A stretch of 64,000 nt of DNA from an uncultured Devosiaceae bacterium (lineage in GTDB: Bacteria > Pseudomonadota > Alphaproteobacteria > Rhizobiales > Devosiaceae): NCBI GenBank assembly GCA_964574935.1, contig CAZNOZ010000001.1, forward strand, positions 1,227 through 65,226, in the 5' to 3' direction. The translations under genes were made by a program, and so were the position numbers. The number at the start of each line of letters is the position of its first letter. Positions within the stretch are counted from its first letter, which is position 1. The notes beneath the pieces were generated by a model, which was given only the letters and a program-made list of their open reading frames with translations, was not told where the DNA came from and made no database searches. Of the stretch, positions 28,414 through 37,610 are shown piece after piece.

Positions 28414-29238
28414 TCACTGGTAGGCGATGTCGACGATCCGCAGTTCGATATAAGCGAAATCCCCGCTGTCGAGCTTCCACACGCCCTGGCCGGCGACGGG
28501 AACCGCGACGCCGTCGAATTCCCCATGGGCGGAGATGGGGGTTTCCCAGGTCTCGATGTTGCCGGTCTCGGTGTTGTAGCGCCCGCCCCGGAAATTGATC
28601 AGCCGGCCCTCGTCGTCGAAGAACACCGTTCCGGTCGCGCTGTGGCCGCGGTCGGAGATGGTCACCTCGGCGGATCGTGCGTCGACCGCCCGCCAGGTGA
28701 CGTTGTCGCCGACATAGGCCTGCGGGAACCACATGATCTCGTTGAGGTAGCGCATCAGCCCCGCTTCGATGAGCGCGTCGCCGGACTCGCTGGCCACGGG
28801 AAACGCACCAAGCATCCTCATCTCGATGCTGCTGGCACCCTTGAGATAGGCATCGCGGCCCATGACGATCGGCATCGACCGCGAGGCAAACCACGCCCGC
28901 CACAAAAAGGCCGGCGGGTTGGTCGAATAAACCTGCTCGGCCTCGAAGGACATCCAGTCCGCGTCCGGCGCACCCCGCAGCCGTCCGACCTGCTTGAGGC
29001 GCACGATCGACGGCACCGGCCGCCCGACGACGCCGCTGGCCCTGAGATAGCGGCTGACGGGCGCCGGAAGGCGCGCCAGATCGGCCTGGGTGATCGTATC
29101 CGGGCTCGCCCCGGCGGCCGCGACGAGGGCGGCCACTTCGGCATCGATTGAGTGCCTGAACGACCAGTAAGACCAGCCGATGAACCCGCCGGCGGCGACG
29201 AGCACGACAACAAGCGACAAAACGATGAGCCGTAGCAT
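28414..29238 (-). CDS. Uncharacterised membrane-anchored protein (possibly DUF6544-like; family not verifiable here)
   Basis: A single N-terminal TM helix (MLRLIVLSLVVVLVAAGGFIGW), then a ~245-aa soluble domain with LMRYLNEIMWFPQAYV. Coding-like codon usage. Same strand as the histidine kinase and immediately downstream of it. Confidence 0.6.
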   Translation of the reverse strand: MLRLIVLSLVVVLVAAGGFIGWSYWSFRHSIDAEVAALVAAAGASPDTITQADLARLPAPVSRYLRASGVVGRPVPSIVRLKQVGRLRGAPDADWMSFEAEQVYSTNPPAFLWRAWFASRSMPIVMGRDAYLKGASSIEMRMLGAFPVASESGDALIEAGLMRYLNEIMWFPQAYVGDNVTWRAVDARSAEVTISDRGHSATGTVFFDDEGRLINFRGGRYNTETGNIETWETPISAHGEFDGVAVPVAGQGVWKLDSGDFAYIELRIVDIAYQ

Positions 29239-29342
29239 GGGCGCCCCGAAGACCGCGTTCGGGCCAACAGCTTACTCAACGCCAGGCGGCCGTCAAACGC
29301 GTGGCGGTCGACCGGACGGGCGGTTCGGGCGGCGCTGCTCGC

Positions 29343-30878
29343 CTAGCTTGCGCTCGGAAAGATGTCCGGTCCGTTGGCAGGCTTGTCGTAGGCGACCGGG
29401 CGCAGCGCGTCCATCACCCGCGCCCGCGGGAAGGTCGCGATCGCCTCGGTGCCGAAGCGGGGCTTGGAAAACAGGTCGAAGCGGCCCTGGTGCAGTTCCA
29501 TGATTTTCTGAACGATCGGCAGTCCGAGCCCGGCGCCCTGCTCGGCGGTCTTCTGCGCCAGCGAGCCCTGCCCGAACGACGACAGAACCGTCTCGATTTC
29601 CTCTTCCGGAATCCCCGGTCCGTTGTCCCGCACGGAAATCAACTGCCCCCCGTCCGCGCTGCGCTGGATCGAGAACAGGACCTTGCCCGATTGCGGCGTG
29701 AACTTGATGGCGTTCGTCAGAAGGTTCAGCGCCACCTGGCGGATGGCCCGCTCGTCGCCCCAGATGCGCGGCAGCGAGCGATCGAGGTCGGTGATCAGCT
29801 CCACCGACTTGGACTTGGCGCGAATTTCCAGCATCCGGCGGCAGTCCTCGGCGATGTCGACCAGGCTCACCGCCTCTTCGTTGAGCTCGTACCGGCCGGC
29901 CTCGATGCGCGAGAGGTCGAGAAGCTCGTTGATGAGATTGAGAAGGTGCTCGCCGGAGGCGTGAATGTCGTTGGCGTAGTCGCGGTATTGCGGCGTTGTG
30001 TGCGCGCCGAGCAACTCCGAACGCATCACTTCGGAAAACCCGATGATCGCGTTCAGCGGCGTGCGCAGTTCATGGCTCATGGTGGCCAGGAACCGCGACT
30101 TGGCGATGTTCGCCTGCTCGGCGTGCCGCCGCGCTGCGTCGGAGATGGCCTTCGCTTCGCCGAGCTCGTAGATCAACGCGTCCTTTTCCGCCTGGTGCTC
30201 GAGCCCCTTGATTTCCGATCGTTGCAGGGTTCGGGCCAGAAAGTAGAAGAAGAGCTCCGCCCCGATCGCCAGCGAGGCCAGCGACCAGTTCAGCGAGCCG
30301 CCGGTGGACAACAGCTTGATCGCGACCGTGAAGGTCGGAAGCATCGTGCTCATCAGCGTCGCGATCGGCAGGGCGCGGGTCGAGATGGCGTTGACCGCAA
30401 TCCCGACCAGCAGCATGGCCGACAGGATGACGAGAACCTCCGGATCGCCGGTGGTCAGCGTCAGCAGCACCATTCCCGACCACGCCACGCCATTGGCCGC
30501 CTCGGCGACGACGAAAGTGCTCGTCCAGCGTTGAGCGTCGAACTTGGCGGGATCCGCGGTGCGGAATTGCCGGCACACCATGATCACGCCCAGATGCGCC
30601 AGAACGGCGATGACCGCCCACATGACCGCCGCCACCAGTGGCACCCACAGGCTGACCACCAGCGACAGGATGACAAGCAGGACCGGCGCCGCCATCGATG
30701 CGGACATCCGGGCATTCACGTATTCGCTCAACAGCGCGAAGTCGTATGACGCGCGGGTGCCGGTGCTGGAAGTGAGCCGCTGCCGGGCGTCGAGGACGGT
30801 TCGCTGCGTGTTGCGCGCGCGATCGTGCGGGTGCCACGCGCCGATCCAGTCTGGCGTTTGATGGGAACCAGGCGGCAT
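29343..30878 (-). CDS. Membrane-bound sensor histidine kinase (HisKA + HATPase_c), no cognate response regulator adjacent
   Basis: About 6 predicted TM segments. H-box FLATMSHELRTPLNAIIGFSEVM, N-box LLTNAIKFTP, G-boxes DNGPGIP and GAGLGLPIV. Confidence 0.88.
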   Translation of the reverse strand: MPPGSHQTPDWIGAWHPHDRARNTQRTVLDARQRLTSSTGTRASYDFALLSEYVNARMSASMAAPVLLVILSLVVSLWVPLVAAVMWAVIAVLAHLGVIMVCRQFRTADPAKFDAQRWTSTFVVAEAANGVAWSGMVLLTLTTGDPEVLVILSAMLLVGIAVNAISTRALPIATLMSTMLPTFTVAIKLLSTGGSLNWSLASLAIGAELFFYFLARTLQRSEIKGLEHQAEKDALIYELGEAKAISDAARRHAEQANIAKSRFLATMSHELRTPLNAIIGFSEVMRSELLGAHTTPQYRDYANDIHASGEHLLNLINELLDLSRIEAGRYELNEEAVSLVDIAEDCRRMLEIRAKSKSVELITDLDRSLPRIWGDERAIRQVALNLLTNAIKFTPQSGKVLFSIQRSADGGQLISVRDNGPGIPEEEIETVLSSFGQGSLAQKTAEQGAGLGLPIVQKIMELHQGRFDLFSKPRFGTEAIATFPRARVMDALRPVAYDKPANGPDIFPSAS

Positions 30879-31205
30879 CCAGGTACTCGATACTGATCGT
30901 CGACGCCGTGCAGCAGCACGCGATAGGCCCCGGAATCTAGCAAGCGGACGGTTAATTACTCGTTAGGAAATGCGCGAGGTGACCGCCCGCCAGGGCCTCC
31001 CGCCACCCCCGATCGACGCCCTGTCGCCGCAGCGGCGCCCGCCCCCGGAATCCGAAATCGCGCCGCGCCGCATGCGCATCCCTGAGTGGTGGTTGCGGTT
31101 TCCGGACGCATGAAAAAGCCCTTGATTGCCGCCACCGTTCGGATATTTTTCCAAAAGCGGGTAGATATCCCGACGATTTTAAAATTCATTTGCGCGGAGG
31201 CCACG

Positions 31206-31685
31206 ATGGCTCTGGACAAGATAGACCGCAAGATCCTGGCCATCCTGCAGCGGGACGCCACCATGCCGGTCGCCGAGATCGGCCGCAAAGTGGGACTGTC
31301 GACCACCCCATGCTGGCGCCGCATCCAGAAAATGGAGGAGGAGGGCATCATCAGGCGCCGGGTCGCGGTGCTCGAGCCCACCAAGGTCAACGCCGGGGTC
31401 ACCGTGTTCGTCGCCGTGCGAACCTCCGAGCACAACGAGGCCTGGCTGAAGAAGTTCGCCGCCTCGGTGAAGGAGTTTCCCGAGGTGGTCGAGTTCTACC
31501 GCATGAGCGGAGAGGTGGACTATCTGCTGCGCGTCGTGGTGCCTTCGATCGCAGAGTATGACAAGTTCTATCAGGCGCTTATCGCGAAAATCTCACTTTC
31601 AGATGTGAGTTCGTCCTTCGCCATGGAACAGATCAAATACACCACCGCCCTGCCGCTCGACTATCTCGACGTCGGCGAGGACTGA
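31206..31685 (+). CDS. Lrp/AsnC-family transcriptional regulator
   Basis: MALDKIDRKILAILQRDATMPVAEIGRKVGLSTTPCWRRIQKMEEEGII, with FYRMSGEVDYLLRVV in the RAM domain. Length 159 aa. Confidence 0.9.
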   Translation: MALDKIDRKILAILQRDATMPVAEIGRKVGLSTTPCWRRIQKMEEEGIIRRRVAVLEPTKVNAGVTVFVAVRTSEHNEAWLKKFAASVKEFPEVVEFYRMSGEVDYLLRVVVPSIAEYDKFYQALIAKISLSDVSSSFAMEQIKYTTALPLDYLDVGED

Positions 31686-31713
31686 TTAGGGCCTTTGTGA
31701 GTAAAGGCCCTAA
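31686..31713. terminator. Perfect 11-bp hairpin filling the lrp/moaA convergent gap (terminator-like, no U-tract)
   Basis: TTAGGGCCTTT - GTGAGT - AAAGGCCCTAA. The moaA stop codon (31710-31712) lies inside the right arm, and the lrp stop ends at 31685. Confidence 0.45.
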
Positions 31714-32720
31714 CCGCCGGTCACCGACATGTGCCGCGCCACCGCCGGCGCGGCCCGCGCCCGGTCGATGATGAAATCGTGGCCCTTCGGCTTGATGGCC
31801 ATCGCCTCGTCGAGTGCCGCGTCGAGCGCCACCGGGCCGTCGGCCCGCAGGACATCCCGCAGATTGAGCCGGTCGTTCTGCCCCAGGCACAGATAGAGCT
31901 CCCCGGTGCAGGTCAGCCGCACCCGATTGCAGGATTCGCAGAAATTGTGGGTGAGGGGGGTGATGAACCCCAGCCGCCCACCTGTCTGACGCACCCGAAC
32001 ATAGCGGGCCGGGCCGCCGGTTCGGAACTCGATGGCGTCGAGCGTGAATCGGCGGGCGAGGGCCGCCTCGACCTCGGCGAGCGGCAGATACTGATCGGAC
32101 CGCTCGACGTCCACCGCGCCCATGGGCATGGTCTCGATCAGGGTGAGATCCATGCCCCGGGAGTGCGTCCACTCGATCATGGGCACGATCTCGCGGTCGT
32201 TGAGCCCCTTGAGCGCCACCATGTTGATCTTGACCCGAAGGCCGGCCGAGCGGGCCGCCGCGATACCGGCCAGGACCTGCTCAAGGTGCCCCCGGCGGGT
32301 GATTTCGGCGAACCGGGCCGCATCGAGCGTGTCGAGCGAGACATTGACGCGTTTGATGCCCGCCGCCGCCAGGGCGTCCGCGTGGCGGTCGAGCTGGCTG
32401 CCGTTGGTGGTCAGCGTCAATTCGCGCAGGGCGCCCGAGCTCAGGTGGCGCGACAGCCTCGTCACCAGCGACAGGACGCCCTTTCGCACCAGTGGTTCGC
32501 CGCCGGTCAGCCGGATCTTGGAAACCCCGCGGGCGACAAAGGCGCTGGCGACGACGTCGAGCTCTTCGAGGCTCAGCAATTCCCGCTTCGGCAGGAACGT
32601 CATCGATTCGGCCATGCAGTACTGGCAGCGGAAATCGCACCGGTCGGTCACCGACACCCTGAGATAGGTGATCGTGCGGCCGAATCGGTCGACGAGTGGT
32701 CTGGGATCGCTGCCTGCCAT
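31710..32720 (-). CDS. moaA: GTP 3',8-cyclase (molybdenum cofactor biosynthesis protein A)
   Basis: ATG at 32720. [36 protein letters not shown] is the radical-SAM CxxxCxxC region. The C-terminal [22 protein letters not shown] is the second cluster region. Confidence 0.93.
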   Translation of the reverse strand: MAGSDPRPLVDRFGRTITYLRVSVTDRCDFRCQYCMAESMTFLPKRELLSLEELDVVASAFVARGVSKIRLTGGEPLVRKGVLSLVTRLSRHLSSGALRELTLTTNGSQLDRHADALAAAGIKRVNVSLDTLDAARFAEITRRGHLEQVLAGIAAARSAGLRVKINMVALKGLNDREIVPMIEWTHSRGMDLTLIETMPMGAVDVERSDQYLPLAEVEAALARRFTLDAIEFRTGGPARYVRVRQTGGRLGFITPLTHNFCESCNRVRLTCTGELYLCLGQNDRLNLRDVLRADGPVALDAALDEAMAIKPKGHDFIIDRARAAPAVARHMSVTGG

Positions 32721-32843
32721 TGGGTGCCCCGATGCAATCCGCCGCACACTAGGGGTCGCGCAGTTCAACCGCAAATCACGCCAACGCGCTCGGCCGATGG
32801 TTCGGCCGAGCGCCAGGATGACGTGTTCGATTGCGCGCCGGAG

Positions 32844-33467
32844 CTAGAGCCTGATGACCACCAGGGTGCCGACATTCACCCGATCGTAGAGGTCGATGAT
32901 GTCCTCGTTGGTCAGCCGGATGCAGCCCGAGGACACGTTGTGTCCGATCGTGCGCGGATCCGATGTCCCGTGCAGGCGGTAGAGCGTCGCGCCGATGTAG
33001 AGGGCCCGCGCGCCGAGCGGATTGCCGGGTCCGCCGGGCATGTAGGCCGGCAACTCCGGCTGCCGCTTGCGCATTGCCGGCGGCGGCGTCCACCCGGGCC
33101 ACTCCGCCTTGCGGGAGATGTGGTGTGTGCCGGACCAACGGAAACCGTCGCGGCCGACGCCGATCCCGTAGGAAATCGCCGTATCGCCGTCCAGAATGAA
33201 ATAGAGGCGGAATTTCGATTGCTCGACCACGATGGTGCCCGGCCGGTAGTTGGAGGAATACTCCACGACCTGGCGCTTGATGGCGGTGGCGCCGCCCCTG
33301 CGGGTCGACTGGCGCAGGCTGGCGTTGATCGGCCTGCCGCCCTCGTCGATGGTCACCCACTGGTCGGCGACCGGATCGTAGTAGCGCTCCGCCAGGACCT
33401 GGCCTATTGGCAGCACGGCGATTGCCGCCGCAACGACTGCCACAACTGCGTGCTTGAGAAGTCTCAT
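32844..33467 (-). CDS. L,D-transpeptidase (YkuD domain)
   Basis: ATG at 33467. Signal peptide MRLLKHAVVAVVAAAIAVLPIGQVLA. The catalytic block is LHGTSDPRTIGHNVSSGCIRLTNEDI. Confidence 0.88.
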   Translation of the reverse strand: MRLLKHAVVAVVAAAIAVLPIGQVLAERYYDPVADQWVTIDEGGRPINASLRQSTRRGGATAIKRQVVEYSSNYRPGTIVVEQSKFRLYFILDGDTAISYGIGVGRDGFRWSGTHHISRKAEWPGWTPPPAMRKRQPELPAYMPGGPGNPLGARALYIGATLYRLHGTSDPRTIGHNVSSGCIRLTNEDIIDLYDRVNVGTLVVIRL

Positions 33468-33742
33468 CGCGCGTCCCTGTTTTATTGCCGGCGCGGATAC
33501 TGCCGATTCCACGCCGAAGTTGTACTCGCCAGTCTCGCTGTTTAGCGGCTCGCCGGGATGCTGAAAACCGACGAGCTTGCGTGACCGTTCACTTTTCTGC
33601 CGTGATGTTGCCCGAATGCCGCCAACGATTGCTGAATGCGACTTCACCATTTCGTGAGCGGGGGAGTTGACACCGGGGCGTGGATTCGCCGAATCCATGC
33701 GGCAGCGGGTTAGGCCGCGCAATCCTGCCGCGAAGGTGGCCC

Positions 33743-34462
33743 TTGAAAGACGATCTGAAGCGCGAAGCGGCCGAGGCCGCGCTGGCCGAATTGCGGCCGG
33801 GCATGACGATTGGACTGGGTTCGGGAAGCACCGCGCACCATTTCATTACCATGTTGGGCAAAAAGGTCGCCGAAGGCTTCCAATGCGTGGGCGTGCCGAC
33901 CTCCGAGGCGACCGCGAGGCTGGCGCGGGAGGTGGGTGTGCCGCTGACCGGCCTGGATGAGCACCCCGCCCTCGATCTGGTGGTGGACGGGATCGACGAG
34001 ATCGATCCGGCGATGGACCTCATCAAGGGCGGCGGCGGCGCCCTGTTGCGGGAGAAGATCGTCGCCGCCGCGGCGGCCCGGATGGTGGTGATCGGCGACG
34101 CCTCCAAGCGGGTCGGGACGCTTGGCGCTTTTCCGCTGCCCATCGAGGTCGACGCGTTCGGGATGGGATATGTGCGCGGGGCGATCGCCGCGATCATGCG
34201 GGCAAACGGCGCCGGCGATGAAATACGCTTGCGCCGGGACGCGTCCGGTGCGCCGTTCACCAGCGACGGCGGCCACCCGCTTCTCGACGCTTTTTTTGGC
34301 CGCATTTCCGATTCAAAAGCCGTCGCGGCCGCGCTCGACGCGGTTCCGGGCGTGCTCGAGCACGGTTTGTTCGTCGGATTGTGCGACGCCGCCTACATCG
34401 CCGCCGAAAACGGCGTTGAATTCATAACGGCTGACCGGGTGAAGGTCGGCCAGCAAAACTGA
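33743..34462 (+). CDS. rpiA: Ribose-5-phosphate isomerase A
   Basis: GLGSGSTAHHFI, VVDGIDEID, KGGGGALLREKIV. There is no in-frame ATG. The TTG at 33743 gives (M)KDDLKREAAEAAL, a typical RpiA N-terminus. Codons between the GTG at 33680 and 33743 have atypical third positions. Confidence 0.85.
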   Translation: MKDDLKREAAEAALAELRPGMTIGLGSGSTAHHFITMLGKKVAEGFQCVGVPTSEATARLAREVGVPLTGLDEHPALDLVVDGIDEIDPAMDLIKGGGGALLREKIVAAAAARMVVIGDASKRVGTLGAFPLPIEVDAFGMGYVRGAIAAIMRANGAGDEIRLRRDASGAPFTSDGGHPLLDAFFGRISDSKAVAAALDAVPGVLEHGLFVGLCDAAYIAAENGVEFITADRVKVGQQN

Positions 34463-34481
34463 AGCCGGGAGGGGTTCAACC

Positions 34482-35012
34482 ATGTCTACCCGTTGTCGTA
34501 TGCGCGCCTTGTTTGTGGCGGGCTTCGCCGCCCTCGCCATGGGTTCGGCCGCCGTCGCCCAGGACGCCGCGAGCGAGCAACCGGCGCTTGAGATTGCCCC
34601 GGACCACCTGGCACTGGCCCGCAAGTATGTCGACCTGACCGATACCGCGAAGGTCTTCGAGGAAGCGGTGGTCCGCACAGCGGTGCAGGCCACGCGTACC
34701 CTTGTCGCTCAGTCGCCGGACCTGTCCGATCAGGTCGCCGAGGCCGCCGTTGGCGTCATGCAGGAGTACGAAGGTCGCAAGGACGAGCTCTTCGACCAGT
34801 TTGCGCGCATCTACGCGATCCACTTCTCACCCGAGGAACTCGACCAGATCATCGCTTTTTACGAGACCGATGTCGGCAAGCGCCTGCTTTCGCAACTCAC
34901 GGATGTCAATCAGGAATTGCAGCTCGCCCTGCAGGTCTACGAGACCAATCTGTCGAACGAGTTCATGACCAAGCTGAAGGACAGCCTCGCCGGCGAGGGG
35001 TATGAGTTCTAG
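34482..35012 (+). CDS. DUF2059-domain periplasmic protein
   Basis: Signal peptide MSTRCRMRALFVAGFAALAMGSAAVAQ. FSPEELDQIIAFYETDVGKRLL is the characteristic DUF2059 block. Confidence 0.75.
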   Translation: MSTRCRMRALFVAGFAALAMGSAAVAQDAASEQPALEIAPDHLALARKYVDLTDTAKVFEEAVVRTAVQATRTLVAQSPDLSDQVAEAAVGVMQEYEGRKDELFDQFARIYAIHFSPEELDQIIAFYETDVGKRLLSQLTDVNQELQLALQVYETNLSNEFMTKLKDSLAGEGYEF

Positions 35013-35038
35013 GCATCGAACTTCGAACAGCGGCTCCG

Positions 35039-35066
35039 GCCCCCGCCTTGTGCGGGGGCTTTTTTT
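35039..35066 (+). terminator. Rho-independent terminator after the DUF2059 gene
   Basis: GCCCCCGC - CTTGT - GCGGGGGC followed by TTTTTTT (35060-35066). Confidence 0.8.
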
Positions 35067-35109
35067 GTGCGACGTGGCCGCAACTTCATCCGGCCCGGAA
35101 AACTCGGCA

Positions 35110-36486
35110 TTGTCCAACCGGTACGACCTGATCGTGATTGGCGGCGGTTCCGGCGGTGTGCGGGCCGCCCGTCTGTCGTCCCTCTACGGCGCACGGGTGG
35201 CGCTGGTTGAGGAATCCCGGCTCGGCGGCACCTGCGTCAATCGCGGTTGCGTGCCCAAGAAGCTGTTCGCCCTGGCCAGCCGCTTCGATTCGCTGTTCGA
35301 GATCGCGGCCGACTATGGCTGGGCGGTCGAGGCCAGTTTCGACTGGCCGACGCTGGTGGCCAACAAGGATGCGGAGATCGCCCGTCTGGAGGCCGCCTAT
35401 GAATCCGCCCTGCTCGATGCGGGCGTGGAGATCTTCAGGGACCACGCGACGTTCACCGACCGCAACACGGTGAGCCTCAGCGACGCCGGCACGCACCTGA
35501 GCGCCGGCCGCATCCTGATCGCCACCGGCGGGCATCCCGTCGTGCCTCAGATCGAAGGGGCGGAACTGGCGATCACCTCCAACGAGGCGTTTGGTCTGGA
35601 GGCGCTTCCCGGCTCCATCCTGGTCGTCGGGGGCGGCTACGTCGCGGCTGAGTTCGCCAGCATATTCAATGGCCTGGGAGTGGAAACTGCGATCAGCTAT
35701 CGCCGGGACATGATCCTGCGCGGCTTCGACCAGGATTTGCGCGAGGGGCTCAGTGAGGCGATGCGCGCCTCCGGGATCGAAATCCTGGTCAATTCCCAGC
35801 CCCGCCGCCTGATCAAGGTGCCCGGGGGAATCGACGTCGAATTCGAGCACGGCGCCTCGGCAACCTACGGGGCGGTGATGTTCGCCACCGGCCGTGCCCC
35901 CAACACCCGGGAACTCGGACTGGATGCCATCGGTGTGGTGTGCAACGCCCGCGCCGCCGTCCAGGTTGACGAGTGGTCGCGGTCCTCGGTGGATTCGATC
36001 TTCGCGGTTGGCGACGTCACCGATCGTTCGGCGTTGACGCCGGTGGCCGTTCGCGAGGGCGCGGCGTTCGCCGAGACCGAATTCAGGGGCACTCCGACCG
36101 CCGTCGACCACCGCATCATTCCCACCGCCATCTTTTCGGAGCCCGAGGTCGGATCGGTCGGTCTGTCGGAGGAGGACGCCGTCATGCATCACCTCGAATT
36201 CGAGGTCTACATGGCGCGCTTTCGCCCCATGATCGCCACCCTGTCCGACCGCGAGGAGCGCACGATGTTCAAGTTGATTGCGCAAGCCGGCTCCGGCCGG
36301 GTTTTGGGGGTGCATGTTCTCGGGCGCGACGCCGCCGAGATCGTTCAGCTGGCGGCGATCCCCGTCACCATGGGCGCCACCAAGGCCGACTTCGACCGCA
36401 CGATCGCGGTCCATCCCACGGCCTCCGAAGAACTGGTGACGATGAGCAAGCCGGCCTATCGGGTCGTCCAGGGAGAACGGGTCTAG
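35110..36486 (+). CDS. gor: Glutathione-disulfide reductase
   Basis: YDLIVIGGGSGGVRAARL and GGTCVNRGCVPKKL (redox-active CxxxxC), with C-terminal HPTASEE. The start is TTG 35110 or GTG 35074; both lie downstream of the terminator at 35039-35066, and there is no in-frame ATG. Confidence 0.88.
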   Translation: MSNRYDLIVIGGGSGGVRAARLSSLYGARVALVEESRLGGTCVNRGCVPKKLFALASRFDSLFEIAADYGWAVEASFDWPTLVANKDAEIARLEAAYESALLDAGVEIFRDHATFTDRNTVSLSDAGTHLSAGRILIATGGHPVVPQIEGAELAITSNEAFGLEALPGSILVVGGGYVAAEFASIFNGLGVETAISYRRDMILRGFDQDLREGLSEAMRASGIEILVNSQPRRLIKVPGGIDVEFEHGASATYGAVMFATGRAPNTRELGLDAIGVVCNARAAVQVDEWSRSSVDSIFAVGDVTDRSALTPVAVREGAAFAETEFRGTPTAVDHRIIPTAIFSEPEVGSVGLSEEDAVMHHLEFEVYMARFRPMIATLSDREERTMFKLIAQAGSGRVLGVHVLGRDAAEIVQLAAIPVTMGATKADFDRTIAVHPTASEELVTMSKPAYRVVQGERV

Positions 36487-36511
36487 GGTCAATCGCCACT
36501 TTGAGTGGGCG

Positions 36512-36554
36512 GACGCCCGAACCGCAAAAGTGGTGTCCACTTTTGCTGGGCGTC
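36512..36554. terminator. Nested stem-loop between convergent gor and VIT genes (bidirectional terminator-like)
   Basis: The outer stem GACGCCC (36512-18) / GGGCGTC (36548-54) encloses a perfect 10-bp hairpin GCAAAAGTGG-TGT-CCACTTTTGC (36524-36546). Confidence 0.45.
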
Positions 36555-36726
36555 TCGCCGGGACGCGGCGGATTTCGGCCCTGACTGCGTTGCCACCCGC
36601 TTGAGGTGTTCGGCACCGCGGCGCGGTTGGCGCCTGTCCAGGACCAACATCCGGCTCGCGCAAAGCCTGTCCTCGAGCTGGCCTTCGGCCAGACCCGGGG
36701 GCCCGAAACCTGAATGTCGATTGGCC

Positions 36727-37464
36727 CTAGAGCCCGACGCCGCCCACGAGCGCTCTCAGTCCCGCGCCCACCGCGAAGGCGAGGGCGGCCGCGACCATCC
36801 CGATGACGAAGGTCTCCAGCCCGCTGATGTACCAGCGTTGCGTCGACCATCGGGACTTGGCCGTGCCGATGGCGAAAAACACGGCCCCCGTCATCGCCGT
36901 CGCCAGCGGCGCACTCGCGTTCCAGCCGAACACGAAAGGCACCAGCGGCACGCTGCCGCAGACAAGGAACGCCGCGAAGGTCGCCAGCGCCGCCATTTGC
37001 GGCGACCGCCGGATCGCGGTCAGCCCGTATTCCTCGCTCAGCATCGTGTCGAGCAGCACGTCTTCGTGTTCGGAGATCAGCGCCACCAGGGCATCCAGCT
37101 CCTCGCCTTCGAACCCCTTGGCGGAATAGATCTGGCGCAGCTCCTCCCGCTCGCCCTCGGGATGGGTGCGAATGTGGCGCCGCTCGATTTGCTTGAGCCG
37201 TTCATAGTCGTCGAGATCGGCCTTGGTCCCGGAGTAGTTCGACGCCGCCATCGAAAACCCGTCGGCGATCAGGTTCGCAAATCCCAGGATCAGCACGACC
37301 GCGGCGCTCAACTCGGCGCCGACCACGCCGGCGACGACCGCGAAGGTGGTTACCGCGCCGTCGATGCCCCCGTAAATCCAGTCGCGCAGATAGTTCACGC
37401 CGGGTCCGGAGCGAAGCCGGGCCGCGATGTCGGCGGGATCGTGGGAATGGTCGGGATTGATCAC
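36727..37464 (-). CDS. VIT1/CCC1-family iron/manganese transporter
   Basis: YLRDWIYGGIDGAVTTFAVVAGVVGA and ANLIADGFSMAASNY, with C-terminal TM helices. Length 245 aa. Confidence 0.85.
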   Translation of the reverse strand: MINPDHSHDPADIAARLRSGPGVNYLRDWIYGGIDGAVTTFAVVAGVVGAELSAAVVLILGFANLIADGFSMAASNYSGTKADLDDYERLKQIERRHIRTHPEGEREELRQIYSAKGFEGEELDALVALISEHEDVLLDTMLSEEYGLTAIRRSPQMAALATFAAFLVCGSVPLVPFVFGWNASAPLATAMTGAVFFAIGTAKSRWSTQRWYISGLETFVIGMVAAALAFAVGAGLRALVGGVGL

Positions 37465-37610
37465 GTTGTGCCCTCGCCGGTTGGTCCCGTGCCGCCTATA
37501 GCGTTTCGAGGTGCCGGCGGAAACCTCCAGGCCCCCTTGGCTGTCAATAGAGTGTCGCCTTGTGGCGCGCCACGCACTATTCTGCTAGACGGCTGCGGTT
37601 TGAGTGCCCG

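Noticed and set aside
31731-33545. 604-aa plus-strand ORF
   Set aside because: It runs antisense to moaA and the L,D-transpeptidase gene, both strongly supported. Shadow-ORF composition.
35086-36663. 525-aa minus-strand ORF
   Set aside because: It runs antisense to glutathione reductase, which has the FAD motif and the redox-active CVNRGCVPKK. Shadow-ORF composition.
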